Shown in pieces: positions 29,152 to 39,336 of a DNA stretch of 64,000 bases. Every line of letters begins with the position of its first letter. The first letter of the stretch is position 1. The notes beneath the pieces were generated by a model that did no database searches, was not told where the DNA came from, and saw only the letters and a list, made by a program, of their open reading frames with translations. The position numbers and the translations under genes are program-made. Where the stretch lies: the IMG/VR virus record IMGVR_UViG_3300017605_000140, positions 46,390-110,389 of that record. One strand, written 5' to 3'. This DNA comes from a virus.

Positions 29152-31197
29152 TTACAGAGTAGCAAATTTATACGCAGGAACAAATGTAGCCTGAGATACG
29201 TTATTTAATGCTGTAGCATTCTTTAATGCAATTATATAACCTATTAATGCTGCTCTACTATCTACATCAGGATTAACAAGAAATTGTTCTGTCTCTATAC
29301 CAGATAATCCGCCAGCTAAACCACTTGTATAGTCTGCTTGCCCATACTGAATGATAACCTGAGTTCCAGTGGAACCTGTTGGCAGTAAAAACACTCTATG
29401 TACCGCAGCATGGTTATTAGCACTTAACGCAGTTATAGTACCTGCATTATCCCAGTTAGCAACATCAATAGTAGTTCTTGTAGCGGATTGCGAATTTGTA
29501 AGTTGAGTTACGTATCTAAAGGTAACCGTAGTTTCAGAAGGAGTAGTTAATCTATTTGGATCATCTGCACCGTTTATAGCATAGCCAATACCCTGACCGA
29601 ATAAATTCCCAGCACTCTTATTGATATTTAAATTTGCGCCATTAGGGGTAATTATATTTCCTGATACAGTGAATATTCCTAAAGCATCTATTAATCCTGT
29701 AAGTGCTACAGTTGGCTGATTAAGAGGAATTGGTGCCGTAAAAATATTATATAAAGCTCCTGTACCAGTTGTGGACCAAGTAATGCCTAATTGAATATTT
29801 TGTCTACGCTGCACTCCTGTAAGGGCAGTTGCCTGTGAACTTATTACTCCCGAGCTGTTGGCAAACCAGTAGTTAACTACACGAGTAAGAGCAGCACCAG
29901 ATAAAGTTACTGTTTGTGCTGCAATAGTAACAGGAAGTATGGTAGGAGTTCCTGGTACAGTTACATAATCAACTATGTAACAGGTAGCTTGTGTAATATC
30001 AAATGCTGCAACATTACCACCATTCTGAGTCATTACGCCACCAGTTAATACTCCCGTACTAGCAAAGTATGGAAGAACTCCCCACGATGATGCAGAAGAA
30101 GACGAGGCAGTAATTTGTTGCCCAAAAGCCGGTGTTCCCGTAACAGTTACGCCATTTACCTTAGATACTGTAGGCCCAGGATATGTTCCGCTCAAATCTC
30201 CTGAGGCTGAACCACTTGGTGAGAAAGTAGTAGGAATCTGCCCAAAGGCAGCAGCATCTGTTGCGGACGATCCATTAGCAAGGTTAGTAATTTTTTGGCT
30301 ATTAAGATTTACTGATGTAGTAGGTGCATTAACCTGGTTAAGCGTTGGCATTGTATGTACATGCCCGGCATCCGCTACTTGTCCTACACTTCCGGCTGCT
30401 TGGGTTCCTAGCGGCGCCACGTTGCCCGCTGTGACGTTAACATTCTCGGTAGCTGATGTACCTAGTTCTAAGCTTGTTCGGGCTCCAGAAGCTGTTGTAG
30501 CCGCTGTACCTCCGTTGGCTAGAGATACTGGAGTAGTCAAACTAATAGTATTACCTACGGCTGTTAATCCAGTACTTACAGCAGTAAAACCAGGATTTGA
30601 GAACTGTGTCCAGGTGATAGGAGTAGTACCTATAGTATAAGGTCCACCAGCTATTACCGCCCAGCCTGATCCAAAATTAGTATTACCAAAATTTGTAAAG
30701 GTAGCAGAACCTGATATTTCTGTTGCTTGATCCATATCAGTAGCTCTAGTAAGTACGTATGCTACAGATACTGTTCCTAAAGTAGTCACAGTATAAATAC
30801 CGTTATTAGCTGTAGCTGTTTCATTCTTAACAAGAATACGATCATTAAGAAGAACTGTATAACCATCAACAACTAATACCCCGGGAGCTGTAGCTGTTAA
30901 AGTAGCACCTACTCCTAAAGTACCGTTGTTATATGTATTAGTAGGTAGGGATGCGGCAGTAGTAGCTGCTACAGACAGCCTTACCACAAATCCGGCAGAA
31001 ATACCATCAGCATATAATTTAGTTACTGCATGATTACTGTTTGTTGGGGAAGGCACTGTTAAAGTACCCGTAAATGTCTTGTCACCGCCAACAGATTGAT
31101 TAGTAGTAGTGTCTACAAAATTCTGAGTAGAACTTCCAGTGCCACCTTGATTTACTGGCAAAGGATTAGGAATTGAATTAAAAGAACCTCTAGCCAT
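29152..31197 (-). CDS. Fibre-like protein located in the head module
   Basis: 'DRILVKN.....NGIY....L.RA.D' fibre motif; shares stalk repeats with 18650..21508. Confidence 0.7.
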   Translation of the reverse strand: MARGSFNSIPNPLPVNQGGTGSSTQNFVDTTTNQSVGGDKTFTGTLTVPSPTNSNHAVTKLYADGISAGFVVRLSVAATTAASLPTNTYNNGTLGVGATLTATAPGVLVVDGYTVLLNDRILVKNETATANNGIYTVTTLGTVSVAYVLTRATDMDQATEISGSATFTNFGNTNFGSGWAVIAGGPYTIGTTPITWTQFSNPGFTAVSTGLTAVGNTISLTTPVSLANGGTAATTASGARTSLELGTSATENVNVTAGNVAPLGTQAAGSVGQVADAGHVHTMPTLNQVNAPTTSVNLNSQKITNLANGSSATDAAAFGQIPTTFSPSGSASGDLSGTYPGPTVSKVNGVTVTGTPAFGQQITASSSSASSWGVLPYFASTGVLTGGVMTQNGGNVAAFDITQATCYIVDYVTVPGTPTILPVTIAAQTVTLSGAALTRVVNYWFANSSGVISSQATALTGVQRRQNIQLGITWSTTGTGALYNIFTAPIPLNQPTVALTGLIDALGIFTVSGNIITPNGANLNINKSAGNLFGQGIGYAINGADDPNRLTTPSETTVTFRYVTQLTNSQSATRTTIDVANWDNAGTITALSANNHAAVHRVFLLPTGSTGTQVIIQYGQADYTSGLAGGLSGIETEQFLVNPDVDSRAALIGYIIALKNATALNNVSQATFVPAYKFATL

Positions 31198-31499
31198 TAT
31201 TGCTGCACCTCAATTGTAAAAGGACAGTTAGCTGAAGATATTAATCTTATCTCAGTAGTAGAAACTACGCCAGAGCCTGGCTGAGTAGCTGGTTGTAGAT
31301 TTTTAACAGCATCCTGCCAGCTCATAGGAGCTACAAAATGACAATCATCTGCGCCTATTACAGGATCTACCTTATCAGTTCTAAACCAAAGATCAGTAGA
31401 CCCACGATTAATCACCTCAACGGTTGAATGCCAGGAGGTAAATATTACAGTAGTGACTGTACTAGCCGTAATAGTTCCACTTTGTGTGTGAACGGCCAT
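31197..31499 (-). CDS. Small protein, paralogue family A
   Basis: 'MAVHT.SGT.TA...TSW...V.NRG..DLWFRTD..DP..GADD'. Confidence 0.65.
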   Translation of the reverse strand: MAVHTQSGTITASTVTTVIFTSWHSTVEVINRGSTDLWFRTDKVDPVIGADDCHFVAPMSWQDAVKNLQPATQPGSGVVSTTEIRLISSANCPFTIEVQQ

Positions 31500-31577
31500 A
31501 CTAATTCCGCCTTATATGTGGGGTACTTCTGACACTACGCGGATTATTGTTACTTCAGTCAGAAGTGTAAATATTAT

Positions 31578-31880
31578 TTAAGATGCATATACTGTAAAAG
31601 GTATAGCAGTATCTGAAACTAACTGAACACTTGTTCCACTAATAGATCTAGTAACGGGTTCTTGAGAAAGTATTCCGTTTGGAAAAGTAACTGCTTGCCC
31701 TGGTAATACTGGATAATTATCATCCGCTAGAATTACTGGCTCGACTCCATCAGTACGCAACCAGATAGTTCCGGAAGTACCCCGGTGAATAACTGTAATA
31801 TTTGCTAAATACTGAGGAAAGTTAACAAGAAACACCGTATTAATTGTTAGAGTACTTGATGTCGCTCTACTTGCAGCCAT
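31578..31880 (-). CDS. Small protein, paralogue family A
   Basis: 'TVIHRG.SGTIWLRTDGVEP...ADD'. Confidence 0.65.
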   Translation of the reverse strand: MAASRATSSTLTINTVFLVNFPQYLANITVIHRGTSGTIWLRTDGVEPVILADDNYPVLPGQAVTFPNGILSQEPVTRSISGTSVQLVSDTAIPFTVYAS

Positions 31881-31888
31881 AGTTATTC

Positions 31889-32074
31889 CTATCTCATATT
31901 AACGACCGCAGTAGTCTGATCTACCGGATACTGTTGTTTTATATCTGGGCGCGTTGGTATAGTCCCTCCGCTTAATCCAAATGTTCTTAAAGTATTCTTA
32001 TACTGTGGGTCGTACATAAAATTACTCGACAGTTCCTTAAAAGAAGAAGTTCGTCTATCGTGGAAAACTGTCAT
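31889..32074 (-). CDS. Hypothetical protein
   Basis: 61 aa ORF filling an operon gap. Confidence 0.5.
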   Translation of the reverse strand: MTVFHDRRTSSFKELSSNFMYDPQYKNTLRTFGLSGGTIPTRPDIKQQYPVDQTTAVVNMR

Positions 32075-32076
32075 TA

Positions 32077-32460
32077 TTAGTAAATTACGTTTGTTCCCGG
32101 ATCTTCAACTACAGACACATTATAAACTAGTGGCTGATCCGAAATAAGATTAACCTTAGTCTGGGAAGTAGCGAAAGCAGGAACAGCAGAAGGATCTGTA
32201 GCTAAAGGAGTTGTAGTTGTAAGATCAGGTAACGGTAGACGATTCTTCAAAGCCAGCGTTACAGTAGCGTTAGCTCCAACACTTACAGTTGTTGTGTCAG
32301 CTCCACCTAAAGTAGGAGTAGTTCCGTCAGTAGTTACGGATAGTCTACCTGCGGTAGCTCCGTTAGTTACAGTTACAACTACAAACTTTTCCCAAGATGT
32401 AAGTGTTAAAGGTGCAGCGGTATTAGCAGTAAGAGTACCGTTCACAGAATGTACAGCCAT
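32077..32460 (-). CDS. Small protein, paralogue family A
   Basis: 'MAVHSVNGTLTANT...LTSW...V.N....L..TTDG..PT.GGAD'. Confidence 0.65.
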   Translation of the reverse strand: MAVHSVNGTLTANTAAPLTLTSWEKFVVVTVTNGATAGRLSVTTDGTTPTLGGADTTTVSVGANATVTLALKNRLPLPDLTTTTPLATDPSAVPAFATSQTKVNLISDQPLVYNVSVVEDPGTNVIY

Positions 32461-32488
32461 AGTTCACGTCCAAAAATTATTAGTAGAA

Positions 32489-32749
32489 TTACTTAGTAGC
32501 TGTCTTAGGCTTAGTAACCTGAGATACAGCAGTGGTTACTTCAGAACGAAGTGTTTGTGCTACAAGCTCCACCTGTGAAGCCGCAGCGTGAATATCAGAA
32601 GCAACAGCTTCCTTAAACACATTCTCTACTGGTGCGAGATGTATATGTTGAAAAATAGATTCTAGCTTAGTTACAAGGACATGAAGATCTCCTTCAACTT
32701 TTCCCTTTATCTCAGCCAGCTTTGCTTCTAATTCAGTGAATACAGTCAT
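32489..32749 (-). CDS. Hypothetical helical protein
   Basis: 86 aa ORF in operon. Confidence 0.55.
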   Translation of the reverse strand: MTVFTELEAKLAEIKGKVEGDLHVLVTKLESIFQHIHLAPVENVFKEAVASDIHAAASQVELVAQTLRSEVTTAVSQVTKPKTATK

Positions 32750-32751
32750 TA

Positions 32752-33189
32752 TCAGTCCGTTACAATCGCGCCGTGTAATCTTTCATAACGCCCGCCGCTG
32801 CGGTCTACTTGCTCAAAACGTCTAGCAGCATTTGTATCAACATTCACACCATGCATAAAGTCTCCAGTCATACCCGCAGAGTCAATCCAGGCAGCGGAAC
32901 CTAAATGAGCACGCTCGCGCATAGTTTCAGCAGCGGGCTTCTCGAATACATTGAGGTTATGGTTTGGTCGTCCTGGAGCTGTACGATAACCCTGCATTGC
33001 TCCTAACTGAAAATCACTGGGAACATCAGTGTCAGTCGCAATACCCTCTTCAAAGCGCAAAGGGCCGCGTCTCTCTGGATTAGCGCCCATCTTAGCTTCG
33101 TAATTAACTGCGCCGCGATCTCTTTCCGCAAATCTTGGAGCAGGGGCAAGCTGTACAGCGCGACCTGCTTCCTGGTACATTTCAGCCAT
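32752..33189 (-). CDS. Conserved phage protein downstream of terminase
   Basis: 'RRGPLRFEEG.ATDTDVP', 'ETMRERAH.GSA.W'. Confidence 0.65.
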   Translation of the reverse strand: MAEMYQEAGRAVQLAPAPRFAERDRGAVNYEAKMGANPERRGPLRFEEGIATDTDVPSDFQLGAMQGYRTAPGRPNHNLNVFEKPAAETMRERAHLGSAAWIDSAGMTGDFMHGVNVDTNAARRFEQVDRSGGRYERLHGAIVTD

Positions 33190-33240
33190 ATTATATCCTT
33201 AATAGTAAGTCATTATATCTATATAATATCAGGTAATTTA

Positions 33241-34815
33241 CTAACTTCTTCTACGATCGTAAAAAGGGTTATTACTGACCTGTAGTTCTTCCTGAACACT
33301 TTCTGGAATTACACTTAATGCTATAGCTAAAGAATCACAATAATCATCATGTGCGTTAACTTCTTTAGGAGCTTCCGCCAGCATATAAGGTCCTTCAAAC
33401 TTTACCTGAAGATCTGACATCTGCTGAATAAAGTTTCTGTATGTTCTCAGCTTAGTAGTCTTAGCATGGGCAGGCCAGCCAATTTTTGGGGGATTTCTAT
33501 CCAGCATTTCCCGCAGATACTTCCACCTGTCCGATTGAGCTGGTCTCTGTGAAGATATATCCACAATATCTATATGGGGTAATAGTACACGTAGCCGGGA
33601 TATGAAAAGATCTCCCATACCTCCTGAATCAACTCCTATAGCCCATACATTATATTTAGATACAAATTCCACAATGCGATAATACTGAGACTCCCAGTCA
33701 TGCCCCTGAAGATCCAGCCAGTTAAGTATTCTAGTGTTATAGTAGCCAAATTCATCTCTGCTATCCCAGTCAACAAATAGCGCTGTAACAACAGTACTGT
33801 CTATCTTTCTTGCTGGATCAATTCCCATAACAATAGGAGTAGTGTAATAACTCTTGACAGTTTCCATAGACTTATCCCCAAGCTGAGTTAATCGCTCGGA
33901 GGTCGTGAACATTCCTTTTTCCAGTAGCCACATCAGACGGAAAGAAAGCTTGAACTCATCAGATTCCTCTCCCATCTTAAGCATATCTCGCGCGGCACCC
34001 TTTTTATAGTCTTCAGACCATTTTCCTACTTCTTTATAGTCTGCCTGAAAATGGTTAGTTCTGGCACCTCGTTTTAAAGCCTCTCTTTTATTATCCTGAA
34101 TTTGCCGGTAGAAGACACCCTTCTGATAAGTAGGTGTACCAGTCATTACAAAAGTACCGAAAGTAGAGGCAAGCATGGGAGATATTGACTTATCTACTAC
34201 TTTTTGGTCCGCTACTTGTGCCTCATCTAAAAGAACAATATGATAAGTCTTTCCTTCAATAGAAGCTCTGGGGTGTGCGGTTTGTCTTCTTACCAGGGAA
34301 CCACACTTCTCCAGAGTAATTTCTGAACCTCTGCCTTTTATTTTTTCGTCAATATCAGAGAGGATGGCCTGCGCTCGTTCAGAGGTAAGCATAGAAACAA
34401 TTCGGGAAAATAGAGTTTTAGCCATATCATCTACCGGAGCAAAGGCGCCTACCCATACACCCTCTTTATATCTGTCCAACCACTCGTTAAAAGGAGACAC
34501 TTTTGCTAATCTTGGAAGCATTATCATCAAAGTGGCAACAGTAGCCGCTACGGCTTCAGTCTTTCCCGACTGTCGGCTGAATAGCGCAGTAACAGTAGCT
34601 CCATCATTAATAATGACAGATTCCATAAATCTAGCAGCAAATGGTTTTTGATAGGGGCGTAACGGGTGTCCTGATAATTCATCTGCAAATACAAGAAGTC
34701 TAGATACTAACTCATCAATCCATGCCTGAGAACTAGGATCTAAATCTATTTTAGTAGTGTTATATGCTTCTAACTCTTCCTCGGTTAATTCATCTAAATC
34801 AACATCAGTATTCAT
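33241..34815 (-). CDS. terL: Terminase large subunit
   Basis: Walker A 'SRQSGKT', Walker B 'VLLDEAQ', 'GTP', nuclease motifs 'GIDPAR' and 'HDDYCDSLA'. Confidence 0.95.
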   Translation of the reverse strand: MNTDVDLDELTEEELEAYNTTKIDLDPSSQAWIDELVSRLLVFADELSGHPLRPYQKPFAARFMESVIINDGATVTALFSRQSGKTEAVAATVATLMIMLPRLAKVSPFNEWLDRYKEGVWVGAFAPVDDMAKTLFSRIVSMLTSERAQAILSDIDEKIKGRGSEITLEKCGSLVRRQTAHPRASIEGKTYHIVLLDEAQVADQKVVDKSISPMLASTFGTFVMTGTPTYQKGVFYRQIQDNKREALKRGARTNHFQADYKEVGKWSEDYKKGAARDMLKMGEESDEFKLSFRLMWLLEKGMFTTSERLTQLGDKSMETVKSYYTTPIVMGIDPARKIDSTVVTALFVDWDSRDEFGYYNTRILNWLDLQGHDWESQYYRIVEFVSKYNVWAIGVDSGGMGDLFISRLRVLLPHIDIVDISSQRPAQSDRWKYLREMLDRNPPKIGWPAHAKTTKLRTYRNFIQQMSDLQVKFEGPYMLAEAPKEVNAHDDYCDSLAIALSVIPESVQEELQVSNNPFYDRRRS

Positions 34816-34859
34816 ATTATTCTCCTAATACATAGCGCGTATACCTTATTGTACCTAAG

Positions 34860-34888
34860 TTGACAGACGTAGTGACACGCGCTACTGT
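34860..34888 (+). promoter_or_regulatory. Promoter for the 34920 ORF
   Basis: TTGACA-17 bp-TACTGT, then AGGAGG RBS. Confidence 0.55.
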
Positions 34889-34919
34889 TAACTTCAACAG
34901 AACTTACTAGGAGGTAGCC

Positions 34920-35171
34920 ATGGATAACGATATGTTTGACCAAAACTCAGATAATAATCATTTTCAAGAATTTGCACGACCAGTCATAGCAGGTATCATA
35001 GGCAGTTATATAGGTCATAAACTAGATCAGACTAGATTTGGATACTGGTTTAATACTAATACTACAATTGGTATTATATGCTACTGGCTAAAAATACTTT
35101 TTCTTTTGGCAATTATAAGCGGAATTATATTGTTCTTCTATATTTATCTCACTACTCCGGAAGTCGGATAA
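34920..35171 (+). CDS. Small membrane protein, antisense to the operon
   Basis: AGGAGG RBS; two hydrophobic segments. Confidence 0.7.
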   Translation: MDNDMFDQNSDNNHFQEFARPVIAGIIGSYIGHKLDQTRFGYWFNTNTTIGIICYWLKILFLLAIISGIILFFYIYLTTPEVG

Positions 35172-35424
35172 ATCTTTCTTCCAAAACCTGTATAGCGGCT
35201 AATAAAGATACTGCACCAACTCGTATATCTTCGGTGTACATAAGGGTCTGATCCGTATTTCTATGGGTCAGACCCTTTCTCATTTCAGTAACATTTTTTC
35301 CTATACCTGTATGGATATTATCTATCCATCGTATTAGCTCAGCATCAGATGTGCTTCGTAACCTGTTGAGTAACCTAATTTTGATTCTTTCATTAGGTTT
35401 ATGTCTCTTAATACTGAACATCAC
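35152..35424 (-). CDS. Hypothetical protein
   Basis: 90 aa ORF coupled to the upstream gene. Confidence 0.55.
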   Translation of the reverse strand: MMFSIKRHKPNERIKIRLLNRLRSTSDAELIRWIDNIHTGIGKNVTEMRKGLTHRNTDQTLMYTEDIRVGAVSLLAAIQVLEERFIRLPE

Positions 35425-35771
35425 AAATCCAATACCTCTACTAGTAATTCTTGATCAGATGCCGAAATTTGCTTCTTTATCATATTACGCCGGATCTTAG
35501 CTTTCTCTTCCACAGCTAAAAAGCTCTCAGTGTCCATGTGCCGACCTTGCAGAGCTTCCAACAAGGTTTGCTCCTCTGTACGGTTCGTAGCTCGCCAGAG
35601 ACCCACTACAAAGCCATAGTGAGTGCCTGGCAGACGAACGATGAGTGAGTTGGACCATCTGTACGGTTCGTCAGGCTCATGTGACGGGAAACGGTGTACT
35701 ATTGGCGATTTTTTCTGTAATCGGATGCTGTGCACGAATAAGGGTCCTATTGAATGTACCGAATAATACAT
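35421..35771 (-). CDS. Hypothetical protein
   Basis: 116 aa ORF in operon. Confidence 0.55.
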   Translation of the reverse strand: MYYSVHSIGPLFVHSIRLQKKSPIVHRFPSHEPDEPYRWSNSLIVRLPGTHYGFVVGLWRATNRTEEQTLLEALQGRHMDTESFLAVEEKAKIRRNMIKKQISASDQELLVEVLDL

Positions 35772-35774
35772 ATC

Positions 35775-36239
35775 TTATGTTAATCCTCTCGAATACGGAT
35801 GGTTGTTCAGTGTGGTATTTATGTATCTACCAGGAGAATTAGTTCTCTGGAACTTCCACCAAACTGATGGCGGTACTTTGTAGTAAGTATAATACTCACC
35901 ATCCCTGAATTTTATTCTTAATGTCTGACTACGTTCATCATATCCCGCAGCTAATGTTCTAGGTCGTCCAGGATTAATAGTAGGTGTTGGCTGGTAAGGA
36001 AGTAACGGCTTGTCGTCTCCCTCTATAGCCATTTCAATTTCTTGGTAGACATGCAGGTCAGTCAGTCTGTCTGCCTGTGTCTTTGTAGCATTCAAATCTA
36101 ATACTGAACTTGCGGGATTTGGTGCGGATTGAGGATTATCCGAACCTAGAAAAGTTCTATCCCATGCTGAACCGGCTCTACGCTGCGACCGTACAGGAGT
36201 TATAGGGGGAACTCGGTTAACTGGTTTTCTTCTTACCAT
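35775..36239 (-). CDS. KTSC-domain protein
   Basis: 'GYD...QTL.I.F.DG..Y.Y..VP..VW..F....SPG.YIN'. Confidence 0.85.
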   Translation of the reverse strand: MVRRKPVNRVPPITPVRSQRRAGSAWDRTFLGSDNPQSAPNPASSVLDLNATKTQADRLTDLHVYQEIEMAIEGDDKPLLPYQPTPTINPGRPRTLAAGYDERSQTLRIKFRDGEYYTYYKVPPSVWWKFQRTNSPGRYINTTLNNHPYSRGLT

Positions 36240-36256
36240 ATTTTCTCCTAAAACAA

Positions 36257-36297
36257 AAATACCCTAACCATAGTTATCATACATGGTTAGGGTATTT
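36257..36297 (-). terminator. Intrinsic terminator-like hairpin
   Basis: AAATACCCTAACCAT...ATGGTTAGGGTATTT with a T-run on the minus strand. Confidence 0.7.
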
Positions 36298-36305
36298 ATT
36301 TTTAA

Positions 36306-36659
36306 TTATCGACGTCTACGTGTAGCCTTAGGCGCTGTTACTGTTTCTGGAATTTCGGTCTCTTCAACAGTAGTTGCCTCAGGAATAAAACTTTGAAAAG
36401 ACTGTACATGGCCGGTCTTTTCCAGTACTTCTTCTGGGGCATGCCCTGTTTCAGTACCTACAAATTGAGGCATTACACCTACTGCTGGTTCTACCCACAA
36501 ACCATGCTGGTTACGGTATTGTTCAGGATTTATGCCAGAAGCTCTCTGTACTTCAGGATGAGGAAGCTGGTCTTCTGTAAAAGTCTGACCAGGAACTCCC
36601 TCATCATGTACCCAACCATGTGTAGACTGAGCTGTCCAGCCTGTATTACCTTGTGTCAT
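36306..36659 (-). CDS. Hypothetical protein
   Basis: 117 aa ORF with AAGGA RBS. Confidence 0.6.
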   Translation of the reverse strand: MTQGNTGWTAQSTHGWVHDEGVPGQTFTEDQLPHPEVQRASGINPEQYRNQHGLWVEPAVGVMPQFVGTETGHAPEEVLEKTGHVQSFQSFIPEATTVEETEIPETVTAPKATRRRR

Positions 36660-36668
36660 ATTAGTCCT

Positions 36669-36926
36669 TTAATTATTAAGCACAGTCCAACCGGGCTCAA
36701 ATTCATCATTATCTATACCATTATAGCTATGCGGGCAGTCCATTCCTGGTTGAATATGTACCCCATCCACATAGGTACAAGTAGATACTATATAAGGTAA
36801 CTCGTCCCCTAGTTGTCCTAGCTCGCTATTAGGTGCTGCTTGTCCACCATGGAAAGTCCAACTTTCTTCTGCCCATACAGAACCCGCGTCTTGTACAGGT
36901 CGGAAGAAAGAAACACCATCAGTCAT
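36669..36926 (-). CDS. Hypothetical protein
   Basis: 85 aa ORF overlapping the MazG-like stop. Confidence 0.55.
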   Translation of the reverse strand: MTDGVSFFRPVQDAGSVWAEESWTFHGGQAAPNSELGQLGDELPYIVSTCTYVDGVHIQPGMDCPHSYNGIDNDEFEPGWTVLNN

Positions 36927-37329
36927 TAATAAAACTCAAATCTGGAATAGTATAGCTTGGAGGCTTTAAAACTTTACCGTGCCCGTTACGGTGAACTGTT
37001 CCATCAGGCCATACCTTGCCCATATTAGACTGATGCACCTTCTGAAAAACTTCCTCAAGAGGAATATTCAACTCATCTGCTGTACCGTATACAACATAAA
37101 GGAGATCTGCTAATTCCTTAGCCAGATGCTCTAGAGATTCTTCAACAGAATATGAAGTATAGCCAAAATGTGTTCGCTCTAGCCGCTGTAAAGCATCTTG
37201 AACTTCTTCGAACTCTTCAGCTATAAACAGACTTCTTCTGTCAATTTTATCTTCCAGGCTGTCAGAACTCTGATTTGATGCAAAAGTGCTGTGAAATTCT
37301 TTAAGATTTTCCATAGGTGTATAGGTCAT
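36919..37329 (-). CDS. MazG-like NTP pyrophosphohydrolase
   Basis: 'EEFEE', 'KELADLLYV.YG', 'VH.SNM.K', 'GKVLKP..Y..PDL'. Confidence 0.85.
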   Translation of the reverse strand: MTYTPMENLKEFHSTFASNQSSDSLEDKIDRRSLFIAEEFEEVQDALQRLERTHFGYTSYSVEESLEHLAKELADLLYVVYGTADELNIPLEEVFQKVHQSNMGKVWPDGTVHRNGHGKVLKPPSYTIPDLSFIND

Positions 37330-37414
37330 TCACTATCATCCTTCTTTTCTAGTTTACACCAACCAGTACCATCACAAGGACCTGGCCACTCTCCGCAGTC
37401 ACAATCACTGGCCA

Positions 37415-38509
37415 TCAGTATTGAACTCCATCCACTGAAAAATAACCGTCTTGGACTGTAATAAGCCGAGGATATACTCTGTCACCATGAATCTCAAGAA
37501 TACCGAATGCTTGCTGCCAATTAGCGGCTACACCCTTCTTCTTAAGATAATCTGCCTTAGTAAGGTCCATAAAATGACCTACTTCAAGACCTGTAACAGT
37601 ATTCCGTATCTTACCATTGTATCCTGTGCTCTCGGAAGTCATACCTGCCCTGTGAGTGTGCCCGCACACGGTACTGACACCGAACTTACTCTTAGCCAGT
37701 CCGAACGCTGTACGGCCTGCTACAGGGCTCAGAGCACCCTCATCTCCGTGTGCCATGACCCAACCAGGTGTAAGCTCCACAACTTCATCTCTGACGAACT
37801 CTACATCGAATTCATCAAAACCTACAAGATTCTCAATTGATAGGGCTCTAAGCGATTCAAGTCCTGGTGCACATCCTTGAATGTACAACTCAAGTCGGTC
37901 ATCATGATTAGACCGGACCACACGGAATCGTCCCTCGAATACTTCTCTTATACGTTCCAGTATGCCTCGGGAGGTATCAAATCCTGCTTGGAGATCTCCA
38001 GCAAATTCCCCCTTCTTTCCCCGCACCCATCTAGATATTTCTGTAGAATCAGTGAAATCTCCGACTTGTGCGAGTTCATCAGGCTTGTAATCTCCCAAAA
38101 AATCTATAAACTTATTTACCAGCGCAACGTCATGCAGAGGTGCCTGAACATCTGGCATTACGACAATTGTCCGTGCCTTCTTAGGTACAGCTTTATGAAT
38201 ACCCGCATTGTTAGCATATCTCGGTACTGTATGTACCATTCCGTGTACATCCGAATATTCAGGGGCGTGTATTTGCTTACTAAGAGTTCCGCTTTGCACA
38301 GACATTGGAATTGTGGACAAAGTCCCCTCAGAAATAAATCCGTCTGCTCGCCAAGTACGAATCAGCTTCTCGGATACAGAGAAACCCTTTTCCTCTAGTG
38401 CATAACGTACCCAAGTTCTACCTCCGTTCCTGTCATTCAGCAGATCAAAAACACTCTGATCTACTTTAGCCAAATTTCTCAGTTCAACAATACTGCGTAT
38501 ATGCTGCAA
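37415..38509 (-). CDS. Calcineurin-like metallophosphoesterase
   Basis: 'PDVQ.P.H', 'GDFTD', 'SNHD', 'HGD', 'GHTHR'. Confidence 0.85.
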   Translation of the reverse strand: MQHIRSIVELRNLAKVDQSVFDLLNDRNGGRTWVRYALEEKGFSVSEKLIRTWRADGFISEGTLSTIPMSVQSGTLSKQIHAPEYSDVHGMVHTVPRYANNAGIHKAVPKKARTIVVMPDVQAPLHDVALVNKFIDFLGDYKPDELAQVGDFTDSTEISRWVRGKKGEFAGDLQAGFDTSRGILERIREVFEGRFRVVRSNHDDRLELYIQGCAPGLESLRALSIENLVGFDEFDVEFVRDEVVELTPGWVMAHGDEGALSPVAGRTAFGLAKSKFGVSTVCGHTHRAGMTSESTGYNGKIRNTVTGLEVGHFMDLTKADYLKKKGVAANWQQAFGILEIHGDRVYPRLITVQDGYFSVDGVQY

Positions 38510-38587
38510 TTGTCCTCCTCGTATAGGAATCTGTGTAGTGTAGACTTACGTAACGTAGCACATACTACACTACACAGAGAACTCTGT

Positions 38588-39013
38588 CTACCGGCTGTTA
38601 AATAGTAAATCTATTACCGCTATAGTTATAGGAATCATAACCATAGATACCAACCATCTGAACTGAGATTGTCTGGACTTCAGATAATCTTGATGTTCTT
38701 TTTTTCTATCTTCAATTTCTTTTGCTAATTCAAACTGATAACGATTTCGTTCCACTGTGATATCTGATCGCAAGGATTCAAATGAGTGTCGGAGGTCAGT
38801 TTTTAAACTTTCTATATCGTCATCCGCGTTGTCGATTTTCTCATTAACAGTACTAAAACGCATATCTGTGTAATGTTCGGTCTGTACAAGCAGTCTGTCC
38901 AAGCGGCTAGAAAAATCTACAAACCGTGTATCCACGTTTCTCTGTAAACCGTCTAGCTCTCTCTGAACTGCTCCCGACCAATCTGGGGTACTTGATTGTG
39001 ATGTCATATACAA
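38588..39013 (-). CDS. Coiled-coil protein with a C-terminal transmembrane helix
   Basis: Helical body ending 'RWLVSMVMIPITIAVIDLLF'. Confidence 0.6.
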   Translation of the reverse strand: MYMTSQSSTPDWSGAVQRELDGLQRNVDTRFVDFSSRLDRLLVQTEHYTDMRFSTVNEKIDNADDDIESLKTDLRHSFESLRSDITVERNRYQFELAKEIEDRKKEHQDYLKSRQSQFRWLVSMVMIPITIAVIDLLFNSR

Positions 39014-39281
39014 CTCACTTGGGGCTAGATATTCAAAAAGGTATCATAGCCCTATACCACATATATCAATAATTTCTTCATATAAATAACTCAAATAGTC
39101 TAGATCTTCAGTGGTCTAGTGCTATTTAGATTATAAGGATAGCACTAGACTGGTAAGTAATATAACTACAGTCAGTTACTATTGAATATTAAATAGTATT
39201 TATAAACTCACAGGCATCAATAATACCTATGCTATCAATAGTTTCCTTAATTCCAATGTATGTGGTACAGTTTAGGACATG

Positions 39282-39333
39282 AAAAAGTCCTTGTCAACTG
39301 ACTGGCCTAACGGCACGGCTATGACAAGGACTT
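39282..39333 (-). terminator. Terminator at the end of the tRNA cluster
   Basis: AAGTCCTTGTCA...TGACAAGGACTT followed by a T-run on the minus strand. Confidence 0.65.
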
Positions 39334-39336
39334 AAG

